Shown: positions 11,853-24,772 of the stretch, piece by piece
Numbering within the stretch: the first letter of the stretch is position 1
Layout: every line of letters starts with the position of its first letter
Source of the DNA: an uncultured Gemmatimonadales bacterium
Lineage (GTDB): Bacteria; Gemmatimonadota; Gemmatimonadetes; Longimicrobiales; Longimicrobiaceae
NCBI GenBank assembly: GCA_963716255.1
Contig: OY970303.1
Location: forward strand, 5,888,001 to 5,952,000
DNA: 64,000 bases
Reading direction: 5' to 3'
Program-made: the position numbers and the translations under genes
The notes under the pieces: generated by a model
What the model saw: only the letters and a program-made list of their open reading frames with translations
Database searches by the model: none
What the model was told of the DNA's origin: nothing

Positions 11853-12887
11853 TCATCCGTCGGCCGCATCGGAGGCAAGGTAGGCCAGGAACAGGCGCGC
11901 GGTGGCCTCCACGTCGGCCGGGTCCACGGCCTCGAACGGCGAGTGCGAGTAGCGGATGGGCGGCGCCACCAGCGCGGTCTCGATTCCCTGGCGCAGCAGG
12001 GTGGCGCCGTCCGAGTTGTAGTGGTAGAAGATGGCGTCCTGCACCGGCAGCCCCTCCCGCCGCGCGGTGTCGTGCAGTTCCGCGATCAGCCGGCGGGAGT
12101 AGTGGGCCGAGGTGTCGCGGTGCACCAGCGCGGGCCCGCCGCCCAGCCGCACCGGGAGGTGCTCGGGCGAGACGGTGGGCGTGTCGCCGGCGATGCCGTT
12201 GTCCACGATGAAGCCCACGTCGAATTCGCGCCCGCCTCGCGCCAGGCTGGCCGCGCCCAGAAGCCCGATCTCCTCCTGCACGGTGGCCGCCAGCGTCAGG
12301 TCGAAGCGCAGCCGCGCCCGGTCGACGCGGCGCGCGACCTCCACCAGCACCGCGATCCCCAGCCGGTCGTCCATGGCCTTGCCCACCAGCAGCCGGCCCA
12401 CGCGCCGCACGCCGGGGTCCCAGACGATCCGCGTCCCCACCCGGATTCCCGCCCCGGCCGCCTCGGCGGCGCTCATCCCCACGTCCACGAACACGTCGTC
12501 CCACCCCAGCCGGTGGCGCTCGCGCTGCTCCAGGGTGAGGGCGTGCCCGGTGGTGGTGGCGAGGATCCCGGGGAGGTGCCCGGAGCCGGCGAGGACGCGC
12601 AGCGGCGCGCCGAAGAAGTACGGGGTGGGAAAGTGGTCGCGCTCGCCGGGGAGCACGCGCAGGAAGCCCTCCGGGGTGACGGAGCGCACGATGAGCGACA
12701 GCTCGTCGGCGTGGGCGGCCACCAGCACGCGCGGGCCGGGGCCGGGAATGCGCAGGAGGAGGTTGCCCACCGGGGTGCGGACCAGCTCGCCGCGGCCCTC
12801 CCACTCCGCCGCCAGCCAGTCCAGGACGGCGTCCTCCTCGCCGGTGGGGCCGGGGAGGGCGGACAGGGTGCGAAGCAGCTCCTCCAT
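11853..12887 (-). CDS. M42-family aminopeptidase
   Basis: AAHADE, GKAMDDR, TVQEEIG, IRYSHSPFE. Confidence 0.9.
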   Translation of the reverse strand: MEELLRTLSALPGPTGEEDAVLDWLAAEWEGRGELVRTPVGNLLLRIPGPGPRVLVAAHADELSLIVRSVTPEGFLRVLPGERDHFPTPYFFGAPLRVLAGSGHLPGILATTTGHALTLEQRERHRLGWDDVFVDVGMSAAEAAGAGIRVGTRIVWDPGVRRVGRLLVGKAMDDRLGIAVLVEVARRVDRARLRFDLTLAATVQEEIGLLGAASLARGGREFDVGFIVDNGIAGDTPTVSPEHLPVRLGGGPALVHRDTSAHYSRRLIAELHDTARREGLPVQDAIFYHYNSDGATLLRQGIETALVAPPIRYSHSPFEAVDPADVEATARLFLAYLASDAADG

Positions 12888-13444
12888 CACGCCTCGTCGG
12901 CCGGGGAGGCCGGCACCCGTCCCACGCCCTGGGCGAGGTAGTCGCGCGACAGCTCCACGTAGTGCGCAGCGCTGTGGGTCACCCACCCCAGCGAGGCGCC
13001 CTCCAGCTCCTTCTTGACCCGGGCCGGGGCGCCGGCCGCGAGGTGCCGCGCGGGGACCTCGGCCCCGTCGCCCACCACCGAGCCGGCCGCCACCAGCGCC
13101 CGGCCGCCCACCGTGGCGCCCTGGAGGACCACGGCGTTCATCCCGATCAGCGCCCCGTCGCCCACGGTGCAGCTTTCCAGGACGGCGCCGTGCCCCACCG
13201 TGACGTCCTCGCCGATGACGGTGGGGCCGCGGGCGCTCACGTGGATCACGCAGTTGTCCTGGATGCTGGTGCGCGCCCCGATGCGGATCTCGTGGTCCGG
13301 CTCGTCGCCGCGCAGCACCGCGCCGAACCAGATGCTCGCCTCGGCCCCCACCGTGACGTTGCCGATCACCGTGGCGCCGGGCGCCACGAAGGCGGTGGGG
13401 TGGATCCGCGGCCACACGCCGCCGAAGGGAAGGATGTTCGCCAT
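12887..13444 (-). CDS. Gamma carbonic anhydrase-like hexapeptide-repeat protein
   Basis: IWFGAVLRGD, IQDNCVIH, VTVGHGA, LIGMNAVVL; the third canonical His appears replaced (LES). Confidence 0.9.
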   Translation of the reverse strand: MANILPFGGVWPRIHPTAFVAPGATVIGNVTVGAEASIWFGAVLRGDEPDHEIRIGARTSIQDNCVIHVSARGPTVIGEDVTVGHGAVLESCTVGDGALIGMNAVVLQGATVGGRALVAAGSVVGDGAEVPARHLAAGAPARVKKELEGASLGWVTHSAAHYVELSRDYLAQGVGRVPASPADEA

Positions 13445-13468
13445 GTGTCGTCGCCCGCTCCGGTTCTG

Positions 13469-14434
13469 CTACTCGGACAGGATGGCGGCCAGGAGAGCCG
13501 CGTCGATGTTGCCGCCGCTCACCACCGCCGCGACGGGGCCGCGGAGGCCGGGGACGGCGCCCTCCAGCAGGGCGGCCGCGGCCACCGCCGCGGAGGCCTC
13601 GGCGACGACCCCCTCCTCCACGTACAGCTGGCGGATGGCGCGGCGCACCGCGTCCTCGCTCACCAGCACCACCTCGTCCACCACGCGCCTGGCCAGCTCC
13701 AGGGCGCGCCCGTCGATGTCGCCGGAGAGCCCCTCGCAAAGCGTGGGAAGCACCGCGGGCGAGCGCAGCTCCCCTGCGGCCAGGGAGTCGTGCAGGGCGG
13801 TGGTCGCCTCCGTCTGCACCCCCACCACGCGGACGCCGCGCCCCAGCGCCCGCGCGACCACGCCGATGCCGCCCACCAGCCCGCCGCCCCCCGCGGGGAC
13901 CACCAGCGTGCGCACCTCCGGCAGCTCGGCGAACAATTCCAGCCCCACGGTGCCCTGCCCGGCGACCACGTGGAAGTCGCTGAAGGCGTTGACGAAGGGC
14001 AGCCCGGTCCCGCGGGCGTGCTCCTCGCCGGCGTGGTGCGCCTCGTCGTAGCCGCCGGGGACCTCGTGCAGCTGGGCGCCGAAGCGCGAGATGCGCCGCC
14101 GCTTGGTGGCCGCCGCGGTTGCGGGGACGAACACGCTCGCCGGGACGCCGAGGGCGCGCGCGGCCCACGCCACGGCCATCCCGTGGTTCCCCGCCGAGGC
14201 GGTGACCACGCCGCGGGCGCGGGCCTCCGGCGGGAGCACGGCGAGCGCGTTCACGGCGCCGCGCAGCTTGAAGGCCCCGGTGCGCTGCAGGTTTTCCAGC
14301 TTGAGGTAGACCTCGGCGCCCGTCCGCTCGCCCAGCCAGTGGCTGCGCTCCAGCGGGGTCCGCCGCGCGATCCCGTCCACCCGCCGCGCCGCGGCGAGCA
14401 CGTCCGTCACTCCCGGGAACTCACCCGCGCCCAT
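13469..14434 (-). CDS. PLP-dependent threonine/serine dehydratase, no regulatory domain
   Basis: KLENLQRTGAFKLRGA, SAGNHG, GGGGL, SGGNID. Confidence 0.9.
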   Translation of the reverse strand: MGAGEFPGVTDVLAAARRVDGIARRTPLERSHWLGERTGAEVYLKLENLQRTGAFKLRGAVNALAVLPPEARARGVVTASAGNHGMAVAWAARALGVPASVFVPATAAATKRRRISRFGAQLHEVPGGYDEAHHAGEEHARGTGLPFVNAFSDFHVVAGQGTVGLELFAELPEVRTLVVPAGGGGLVGGIGVVARALGRGVRVVGVQTEATTALHDSLAAGELRSPAVLPTLCEGLSGDIDGRALELARRVVDEVVLVSEDAVRRAIRQLYVEEGVVAEASAAVAAAALLEGAVPGLRGPVAAVVSGGNIDAALLAAILSE

Positions 14435-15287
14435 CGCTCCTCCCGTCGTCCGCGTCCGCCTCCACCACGTGCGGCCGGGTGAGCCGCACCCGCAGCACCT
14501 GGGTCTCGGAGGCGTCCTCCACCCGGATGCGCACCCCCTCGCGCTCGAACTCGGCGCCGACGCGGGGAACGTAGCCCAGCTCCTCCAGCACGTAGCCGTT
14601 GACGGAGCGGTGTTCCAGCTGCGGGAAGCCGGTGTTGAAGAAGTGGTTGATCTCCCGCAGGTCGGCGTAGCCCTCGGCGAGCACCTCGACGCGCGACACG
14701 CGGACGATGGGCTGCTCCTCCACGTCGGTCTCGTCCACGATCTCGCCCACCAGTTCCTCCAGGATGTCCTCCAGCGTCACCAGCCCGTCGGTCCCCCCGT
14801 ACTCGTCGATCACCACCCCCATGTGGATGCGGCGCGACTGGAAGTCGCTCAGCAGCTTGAGGAGGGCGACGCTCCCGGGGACGAAGAAGGGCTCGCGGGC
14901 CAGCTCCCCCAGCGTCACGTCGCGCTGCCCGGAGACGAGCGCCTGGTACGCCTCGCGGGTGTAGAGCACCCCCACCACGTCGTCGATCCCCCCGCGGAAG
15001 ACGGGGACGCGCGAGTAGCGCACCGCGGGGAGCTGCGGCGCCAGCTCGGCCAGCGTCATGCTGGCGGGCCAGGCCAGCATGTCCACGCGCGGCGTCATCA
15101 CGTCCCAGGCGCGGGTGGAGCCCAGCCGCAGCACCCGGTCGATCATCTGCCGCTCGCGCTCGGCCAGCTCCGCCGCGGCCGGGCGCGGGGGCTCGGCGCC
15201 GGAGCGCTCCTCGCGCCGGGCGTCGTCGCCGGGGCGCGGCCACGGGCCGCGGAGCCGTCGCAGCAGGCGGCGGAGGAGCTCCGTCAT
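14421..15287 (-). CDS. CBS-pair + CorC/HlyC domain protein
   Basis: VMTPRVDM, YSRVPV, VVIDEYGGTDGLVTLEDILEELVGEIVDE. Confidence 0.88.
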   Translation of the reverse strand: MTELLRRLLRRLRGPWPRPGDDARREERSGAEPPRPAAAELAERERQMIDRVLRLGSTRAWDVMTPRVDMLAWPASMTLAELAPQLPAVRYSRVPVFRGGIDDVVGVLYTREAYQALVSGQRDVTLGELAREPFFVPGSVALLKLLSDFQSRRIHMGVVIDEYGGTDGLVTLEDILEELVGEIVDETDVEEQPIVRVSRVEVLAEGYADLREINHFFNTGFPQLEHRSVNGYVLEELGYVPRVGAEFEREGVRIRVEDASETQVLRVRLTRPHVVEADADDGRSDGRG

Positions 15288-15466
15288 GGGCGTGGCGGGG
15301 CCGTACGGGCGCGGCGGCACGCGTCTCGCGGCGGGCGGGGCGCCGCGTCGGCGGAGGGTGCGGAAGGGCGGGGCAGGGAGGGGCGCGCGGCGGCGCGGGG
15401 CCGCGGGGGCGCGCCGCCGGGAGGGCGGCGTTGCGGGCCGGTGTCCACGGGCGGGCGGGGCGCGGA

Positions 15467-15904
15467 TCAGGGGAGCCGGAACGCCGCCCGCTGCTCCGCC
15501 CGCCGGCCGGCGGCGGTCAGGAAGCCGCGGGCGACGAGCTCGCCGCCGGTGCCCGCGGGGACGCGCCAGCTCCCCTCGAAAGCGCGCGTCTCGCCCGGGG
15601 CGAGCCGGTCGCTGCGGAGCGCCTGCGTGAACACGCGGTCCGCCGACCAGCGCCACAGCTCGACCCCGGCGCGCGACACCACGAAGTCGTGGGTCTGCCC
15701 CGAGGGGAACTCCAGCTCCACGGGGGCGCTCCCGGCGTTGGTCACCTGCAGCGCGAAGCTCACGCTGTCGGCGAAGGCCGCCACCTGCAGCGAGGAGACC
15801 AGGGGGTCGGCGCCGCGGGCGGCGGGAGCGGTCCCGGCGGCCGCGCAGGCGGCGGACAGGGCCGCGGCCAGCGCGAGCAGCATGCGGGCGAGGGGCTGGA
15901 GCAT
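15467..15904 (-). CDS. Lipoprotein with a BsuPI-like (intracellular proteinase inhibitor) domain
   Basis: LSAAC lipobox; FPSGQTHDFVV...LWRWSADRVFTQAL pattern; start uncertain. Confidence 0.7.
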   Translation of the reverse strand: MLQPLARMLLALAAALSAACAAAGTAPAARGADPLVSSLQVAAFADSVSFALQVTNAGSAPVELEFPSGQTHDFVVSRAGVELWRWSADRVFTQALRSDRLAPGETRAFEGSWRVPAGTGGELVARGFLTAAGRRAEQRAAFRLP

Positions 15905-16066
15905 TCTGGGTCTGGACGCCACGGCGGAGGTGCGGACGACACCCGCCCGTGAGGTGCGGCGGGGGCCGGAGCGGGCGCACGGGGCCCGGATCCACCCGGA
16001 ATCGCAAGATAGAAGCCGTGCGTCGGGAGCGTCAAGCAGCCCCGCCGGCGGACCCTTTTCGGAAGC

Positions 16067-16095
16067 TTGCGAAAAAATTCACAAGCTCCTATATT
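16067..16095 (+). promoter_or_regulatory. sigma70-type promoter of the atp operon
   Basis: TTGCGA-17 bp-TATATT. Confidence 0.65.
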
Positions 16096-16126
16096 GCCCG
16101 CTCGGATGCCCAGCCAAGGAGGCCCG

Positions 16127-16396
16127 ATGGCCCAGCAGGATCGAGGTCCGCAGCAGAGCCGCCCCCCCGCGAACCGCGGGGCCGAGTTCGCGGGCGTAGG
16201 GCTGCAGCTCGCCGGGTCCATCCTGCTTTTCCTGTTCCTGGGGCAGTGGGCGGACCGGCGCCTGGGCACCGGGCCCTGGCTCCTCCTGATCGGGGTGTTC
16301 GTGGGCTTCGGGCTGGGCTTCTGGGCCATGTACCGGAAGATGGTGGTGCTCCCCCGCGACGAGGAGCTCCGCCGCAGGCGGGGGGAGGAGCCGTGA
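16127..16396 (+). CDS. AtpZ/AtpI-family small membrane protein
   Basis: GQWADRRLGTGPWLLLIG pattern; first gene of the atp operon; AAGGAGG RBS. Confidence 0.85.
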   Translation: MAQQDRGPQQSRPPANRGAEFAGVGLQLAGSILLFLFLGQWADRRLGTGPWLLLIGVFVGFGLGFWAMYRKMVVLPRDEELRRRRGEEP

Positions 16397-16755
16397 CCCG
16401 GCTGGCGTTCCCCGCCACGGTGCTGGTGATCGGGGCGGCGGTGCTGGGGATCGGGTGGGCAACGGCGGAGGGGGCGGGGCGCACGGCGGTGGCGGTCGGG
16501 GTTGGGATCGGGGTGCTCTTCCAGCTCGCGGTCTTCGCGCTGACCGAGCTGCTGCTCCGCGACAAGCGGCTGGTCGCCTTCGGGGTGGGAATGATCGGGC
16601 GGTTCGCGCTGGTGGCCTTCACGGCGCTGGTGCTCCTCCGCCTCACGGGGCTCCCGGCCGCCCCCCTGCTCTTCGCGCTGGTGGGGACGCTGTTCGGGAC
16701 GACGCTGGTGGAACCGGTTCTCTTTGCGGCCGACAAACGGAACAAGCCTTCATGA
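16393..16755 (+). CDS. ATP synthase protein I-like 4-TM membrane protein
   Basis: Hydrophobic ORF with 4-nt overlaps to both neighbours. Confidence 0.7.
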   Translation: MTRLAFPATVLVIGAAVLGIGWATAEGAGRTAVAVGVGIGVLFQLAVFALTELLLRDKRLVAFGVGMIGRFALVAFTALVLLRLTGLPAAPLLFALVGTLFGTTLVEPVLFAADKRNKPS

Positions 16756-17714
16756 TCGGTAGAATCGCACTCCTGCTGGCCCTCGTGGCCGCGAACCCGC
16801 TGGCGGCGCAGCACGGCGCCCCGGCGGAGCGCGCGCTCCAGCCCGCCTCGCCGCAGGTGGAAGCCGCCGCCGGTGGGCACCTCAAGGAAGAAGAGGGGCA
16901 CGGCGACGGCATCGACTTCATGCACCACATCCTGGACTCGCGCGAGATCGAGCTCCCGGGTACGGTCCTGCACCTCCCCGCGGAGGGCTCGTGGATGGTG
17001 GGCGGCATCGACATGACGCCCACCAAGCACGTGGTGTTCCTGGGGATCGCGGCGCTCCTGACGCTCCTGGTGCTGCTCTTCGGCGCGTCCAGGGCCGGCC
17101 GGGCGAGCGAGGGGCGCACCAGCGGCAAGCCCCACAACGCCATCGAGGCGGTGGTGCTCTTCATCCGCGACCAGGTGGTGATGCCCAACGTGGGGCACGG
17201 CGGGGAGAAGTTCGCCCCGTTCGTGATCACGCTGTTCTTCTTCATCCTGTTCGCCAACCTGCTGGGCCTGATCCCCTACGGCTCCACCGCCACGGCCAAC
17301 ATCTCGGTCACCGCCGCGCTGGCGCTGATGAGCTTCGTCGTCGTGGAGGTGGGCGGCATGGTGGCGCTCGGGCCCCGCGGGTACCTGGGCACCATCTTCT
17401 TCGTCCCCAAGGGGATGAACCCGGTGGCCGCGTGGGCCATGGCGATCGCGCTCGCGCCGGTGGAGGCCATGGGCAAGATCACCAAGCCCATCGCGCTCGC
17501 CATCCGTCTCATGGCGAACATGACGGCGGGGCACATCGTGCTGCTCGCCATCATCTCGCTGATCTTCGTCTTCGGCAGCTTCGCGATCGCGGTGGCTCCG
17601 GTGCTGATGGGCGTGGCGATCACTTTCCTGGAGATCTTCGTGTCGCTTCTCCAGGCGTACATCTTCGCCATGCTGACCAGCGTGTTCATCGGGCTGATGC
17701 GGCACGCGCACTGA
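16752..17714 (+). CDS. atpB: ATP synthase Fo subunit a
   Basis: NLLGLIP, TATANIS, ALAIRLMANMTAGH, LQAYIF. Confidence 0.97.
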   Translation: MIGRIALLLALVAANPLAAQHGAPAERALQPASPQVEAAAGGHLKEEEGHGDGIDFMHHILDSREIELPGTVLHLPAEGSWMVGGIDMTPTKHVVFLGIAALLTLLVLLFGASRAGRASEGRTSGKPHNAIEAVVLFIRDQVVMPNVGHGGEKFAPFVITLFFFILFANLLGLIPYGSTATANISVTAALALMSFVVVEVGGMVALGPRGYLGTIFFVPKGMNPVAAWAMAIALAPVEAMGKITKPIALAIRLMANMTAGHIVLLAIISLIFVFGSFAIAVAPVLMGVAITFLEIFVSLLQAYIFAMLTSVFIGLMRHAH

Positions 17715-17912
17715 TCGCGGAAGGATAGCAGGCAGGGCAGCGCGGGGCCCCTCGCCCGCGCCGGCGGAGACTGCTCCCCTCCGTCGTACAGTACCCGGAC
17801 ATGGGCTTCCGGGGAGGGCGCGCGGCGGCGACGCCGACAGGCGCCCGCGGTCCCGGTCGGGGCCGCTCGGAGCAGTGCCCGACACCTTTTCGCTCCAGCA
17901 ACGGAGACATCC

Positions 17913-18182
17913 ATGATGCAGGTTGAAGCGGCAAACGCGTTCCTGAACAACGGCCTCCTCGGCGCGGCCATCGGCGCCGGCCTCGCCGTCATCGGCGCCG
18001 GCATCGGCATCGGCCTCATCGGCTCGCGGGCGATGGACGGCATGGCCCGCCAGCCCGAGATCGCCGGCAACATCCAGACGGCGGCGCTGATCCTCGCGGC
18101 CTTCGTCGAGGGCGCGACGCTGTTCGCCATCGTGGTGGCGTTCCTGATCCAGCAGGGCGTGCTGGCCGCGGTCGCCGGCTGA
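17913..18182 (+). CDS. atpE: ATP synthase Fo subunit c
   Basis: GAGIGIG, ARQPE, FVEG. Confidence 0.97.
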   Translation: MMQVEAANAFLNNGLLGAAIGAGLAVIGAGIGIGLIGSRAMDGMARQPEIAGNIQTAALILAAFVEGATLFAIVVAFLIQQGVLAAVAG

Positions 18183-18190
18183 TCCTGTGC

Positions 18191-18223
18191 GGGCGCCGCG
18201 GGGGAGCTTCCTCCGCGGCGCCC
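18191..18223 (+). other. Strong hairpin after atpE (possible mRNA stabiliser/attenuator)
   Basis: GGGCGCCGCGG...CCGCGGCGCCC. Confidence 0.5.
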
Positions 18224-18251
18224 GACTGAACTTCTACTCGGCAGACACATC

Positions 18252-18833
18252 ATGCGTCGCTTGCTCTTTCTGCTTCCGGCCCTGATCCTCGGCTCCGCGG
18301 CGCCCGCGTACGCGGCCGAGGGGGGCGGGCTCCTCTCGGTCAACGAGGGGCTGATCGTCTGGACGATCCTGATCTTTTTGATCGTCTTCGCGGTCCTTGC
18401 CAAGTTCGCCTTCCCCAAGATCCTGGGGGCGGTCGAGGCGCGCGAGCAGCACCTGGCCGAGCTGGCCACGACGGCCGAGCGCGACCGCGCCGAGGCCGCC
18501 ACGCTCCTGGAGCAGACCCGGCGGGAGATGGAAGAGACCCGCGCCCGGATCCAGGCCGCCATCGCCGAGAGCCGCACCGAGGTGGAGCGGATGAAGGCCG
18601 ACATCCTCGCCGACGCGCGCCGCGAGCAGGAGGAGATGATGCTCCGCGCCCGCCGCGACATCGCCTCGGAGCGCGCCGCCGCCCTGGACACCGTGCGCCG
18701 CGACGCCGTGGACCTGGCGATCGCCGCCGCCGAGAAGCTGGTGCGCCGCAACCTGGACGGCGAAGACAATCGCAGGCTGGTCCGCGAGTTCCTGGGGCAG
18801 GCGTCCGGCGCCGCCGTCCCGGCCGGAGTCTGA
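18252..18833 (+). CDS. atpF: ATP synthase Fo subunit b
   Basis: TM segment WTILIF...KFAFPKI followed by a coiled coil; operon position. Confidence 0.93.
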   Translation: MRRLLFLLPALILGSAAPAYAAEGGGLLSVNEGLIVWTILIFLIVFAVLAKFAFPKILGAVEAREQHLAELATTAERDRAEAATLLEQTRREMEETRARIQAAIAESRTEVERMKADILADARREQEEMMLRARRDIASERAAALDTVRRDAVDLAIAAAEKLVRRNLDGEDNRRLVREFLGQASGAAVPAGV

Positions 18834-18836
18834 CCG

Positions 18837-19412
18837 GTGCGCGCCCAGGCCATCGCCCGGAACTACGCGGACACGCTCCTCGCCCTGGCCGAGCGCCACG
18901 GCGGGCGGGCGACCGCGGAGGAGTTCCTCCGGGCCATCGAGGACCTCGCCGCGCTGCTGGAAAGCGAGCCGCGGGTCCGCCAGTTCCTGGAGACCCCCCG
19001 CGTGACCGGCGCGCAGAAGCAGCAGGCGCTGCGCGCCTCGCTCGCGGGGCGCGTCCCCGAGCTCTTCCTCCGCTTCGCGCTGGTGGTGCTGGAGAAGGGG
19101 CGCCAGTCGCTTTTCCGCGAGATCGCCCTGGCGTACCGCGACCGCGTGGACGAGATGCTCGGCCGGGTGCGGGTGGACATCCAGATCTCGCACGAGCCCG
19201 ACGCCGCGCTCCGCGAGGAGATCGTGCGCGGGCTGGAGACCCGGCTGGGAAGAACGGTGATCCCGGAGTTCACCGTGGATCCCGGCCTGCTGGGCGGGAT
19301 GATCGTCCGGCTGGGCGACGAGATCCTGGACGGCTCCATCCGGAGCCGCGCGGCCGGCCTCCGGCGGCGGCTCATGGACGCGCAGATGCCGGCCCTCGCC
19401 GCGGCGGGGTGA
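18837..19412 (+). CDS. atpH: ATP synthase F1 subunit delta
   Basis: IARNYA, VDPGLLGGMIVRLGDEILDGS. Confidence 0.95.
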   Translation: MRAQAIARNYADTLLALAERHGGRATAEEFLRAIEDLAALLESEPRVRQFLETPRVTGAQKQQALRASLAGRVPELFLRFALVVLEKGRQSLFREIALAYRDRVDEMLGRVRVDIQISHEPDAALREEIVRGLETRLGRTVIPEFTVDPGLLGGMIVRLGDEILDGSIRSRAAGLRRRLMDAQMPALAAAG

Positions 19413-19560
19413 GCGGACACGGGCGGCGGGCGGACGCGCGGAACCGCGCGACCCGCCGCCGGTACAGGGGCACGGCAACGTAACCGGTTTCGGTTCGGGG
19501 AGTTAACCCAGGCAAACGGCCACGTCCAGCGACCCCGCTGGACCGGAAAAGGATAAAGAG

Positions 19561-21255
<1,695 letters not shown>

Positions 21256-21287
21256 GCGGCCGCCGCACACGCTAGAGGCGAGGAGCC

Positions 21288-22157
21288 ATGGCCAAAGGAA
21301 GAGAGCTCAAGGGGCGGATCCGATCGGTCCAGAACACGCGCAAGATCACCCGGACGATGGAGATGGTCGCCACGTCCAAGCTCAAGCGCGCCCAGGACCG
21401 CGTGGCCGCCGCCCGGCCTTACGCGGAGCAGCTCGGCGACGTCATCCAGCGCCTCCTGACCCCGGAGCTGGCGACGCGCTACCCGCTGCTCCGGCAGCCG
21501 GAGCAGGTGCGCCGCGCCGCGGTGCTCCTGCTCACCTCCAACCGCGGCCTGGCCGGCGGCTTCAACGCCAACCTGATCCGCGAGGCCCGCACCCTGGTGC
21601 GCGACCTGCGCGGCCGGGGGGTGGAGGTGGAGATGCACATCGCCGGCAAGAAGGGGATCTCGTTCTTCCGCTTCCAGGGGGAGAACCTCCGCGCGGCCGT
21701 CGCCGACATCGGCGACCGGCCGTCCGCGGCCGATGCCGAGCGGCTGGTGAACCAGCTGATGGACGACTTCACCGCGGGCACGCTGGACGCGGTGTACGTG
21801 GTGTACGCCAAGTTCAACTCGGCGCTCTCCACCCCGCCCACCACCATGCAGCTCCTCCCCGTGCCGTCGCCGGCGGCGGGCGAGCGCAGCGGGGGCGGCG
21901 TGGACTACATCTTGGAGCCCTCGGCGGACGAGATCCTGAACCGGATCCTCCCGCTGTACGTGAGGAACGGGGTGTACCGCGCGCTGGTGGAGACCTCCGC
22001 CGCAGAGCAGGGCGCGCGGCGGACCGCGATGAAGAACGCCACCGACAACGCCGGCGACATCCTGGAAGCGCTCACGCGGACCTACAACCGCGTCCGCCAG
22101 GCTGCGATCACGCAGGAGATCGCCGAGATCGTCGGCGGTGCCGCGGCGCTCGAATGA
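21288..22157 (+). CDS. atpG: ATP synthase F1 subunit gamma
   Basis: KITRTMEMVA, RGLAGGFN, RQAAITQEIAEIVGG. Confidence 0.98.
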   Translation: MAKGRELKGRIRSVQNTRKITRTMEMVATSKLKRAQDRVAAARPYAEQLGDVIQRLLTPELATRYPLLRQPEQVRRAAVLLLTSNRGLAGGFNANLIREARTLVRDLRGRGVEVEMHIAGKKGISFFRFQGENLRAAVADIGDRPSAADAERLVNQLMDDFTAGTLDAVYVVYAKFNSALSTPPTTMQLLPVPSPAAGERSGGGVDYILEPSADEILNRILPLYVRNGVYRALVETSAAEQGARRTAMKNATDNAGDILEALTRTYNRVRQAAITQEIAEIVGGAAALE

Positions 22158-22186
22158 GACCGAACCCAGACCAAGGAGAACGATAA

Positions 22187-23664
<1,478 letters not shown>

Positions 23665-23665
<1 letters not shown>

Positions 23666-23955
23666 TGGCGGCCCCCGCTGCGGGCGCCGGAGCCGGGGCG
23701 GGGGCGCTGCGCGTCTCCGTCCTGTCCCCGGAGCAGACCGTCTACGAGGGCGAGGCCACCCAGGTGGTCGTTCCCGCCATGGACGGGCTGCTCGGGATCC
23801 TGCGGGGGCACGCGCCGCTCATGGCGCTCCTCGGCGAAGGGATCCTGCGCATCGAGAACGGCCGCGAGTCCGCGCAGTTCCGGGTTTCCGGCGGCTTCCT
23901 CCAGGTGGTGGACGACGTGGTGACGGTGCTCAGCGAGCACGCGACCGCGGCCTGA
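23665..23955 (+). CDS. atpC: ATP synthase F1 subunit epsilon (short, beta-sandwich only)
   Basis: GLLGILRGHAPL, VSGGFLQV; 96 aa. Confidence 0.93.
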
Positions 23956-23984
23956 GCCTCCGCCCCGGAGCCGATCGCACGCAG

Positions 23985-24026
23985 CGCCGCCCCCGCCGCT
24001 CCCCGAGCGGCGGGGGCGGCGTTTTT
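23985..24026 (+). terminator. Intrinsic terminator of the atp operon
   Basis: 17-bp stem followed by TTTTT. Confidence 0.85.
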
Positions 24027-24125
24027 CCCGCGCGGCTGGTCCGAAACTTGATTGCGTCCGGGGTGTCAGCCCCGCCCCGGTGGGCGGGACGTACGTACTT
24101 CCAGTCCAGTGACGGAGAGAAGCAA

Positions 24126-24698
24126 ATGTCTCGCAAGTGGATCGTTCGCACGCTCGCCGCGGCGGGCTTCGCCGCGCTTTCGGCGGGGGGCGCGCACGCG
24201 CAGGTCTTTACCCCCGCCTACCAGTCGCCCCGGCTCACCAACGACATCGGCGTGTACCTGAGCGACTTCGGCGACCTGGCCCTGGAAGGGATCTGGCGCG
24301 GCGGTCCCCTCGGCCTGCGCGTCGGGCTGGTGGACGCCGGCGACGACCTGCTCTCCGTCGGCGGCGAGCTGCGCAACCCGCTCCAGGTGACCGCCCCCAT
24401 CAGCCTGGCCTTCGTGGCGGGCGCGCAGGCGCTCATCGGCGACGCCAACGCCTTCGGGGCCCAGGCGGGGCTGAGCGCCGGCTACACCTTCAACACCCCC
24501 GGCGTCGCCTTCACGCCCTACATCCTCCCCCGCATCGCCGTGGTCAACGGCTTCGCCGAGGACGACGACACCGAGCTCGAGGTGCTGGCCGAGGTGGGCG
24601 CGGACGTGGAGTTCTCGCCGCGCATCATCCTGCGCTTCGGTGCCAACCTGTCGGACGTGGGCGCAGACTGGGGCATCGGCCTGGCCTGGCGCCAGTAG
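24126..24698 (+). CDS. Secreted protein, probable outer-membrane beta-barrel
   Basis: Signal peptide ending AHA; alternating hydrophobic strands; C-terminal WGIGLAWRQ. Confidence 0.65.
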   Translation: MSRKWIVRTLAAAGFAALSAGGAHAQVFTPAYQSPRLTNDIGVYLSDFGDLALEGIWRGGPLGLRVGLVDAGDDLLSVGGELRNPLQVTAPISLAFVAGAQALIGDANAFGAQAGLSAGYTFNTPGVAFTPYILPRIAVVNGFAEDDDTELEVLAEVGADVEFSPRIILRFGANLSDVGADWGIGLAWRQ

Positions 24699-24726
24699 AC
24701 CCGCGCGGTAGATTAGACGACGATGT

Positions 24727-24762
24727 ACACCGCCGGTCGCCGTGGCCGGCGGTGTTCTTTTT
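24727..24762 (+). terminator. Intrinsic terminator
   Basis: ACACCGCCGG...CCGGCGGTGT followed by TCTTTTT. Confidence 0.7.
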
Positions 24763-24772
24763 CCGGAGCAGC

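Noticed and set aside
14421..15287. CBS-CorC protein lacking a transmembrane domain as a pseudogene
   Set aside because: Soluble CorC/YbeX-type proteins with this architecture are normal
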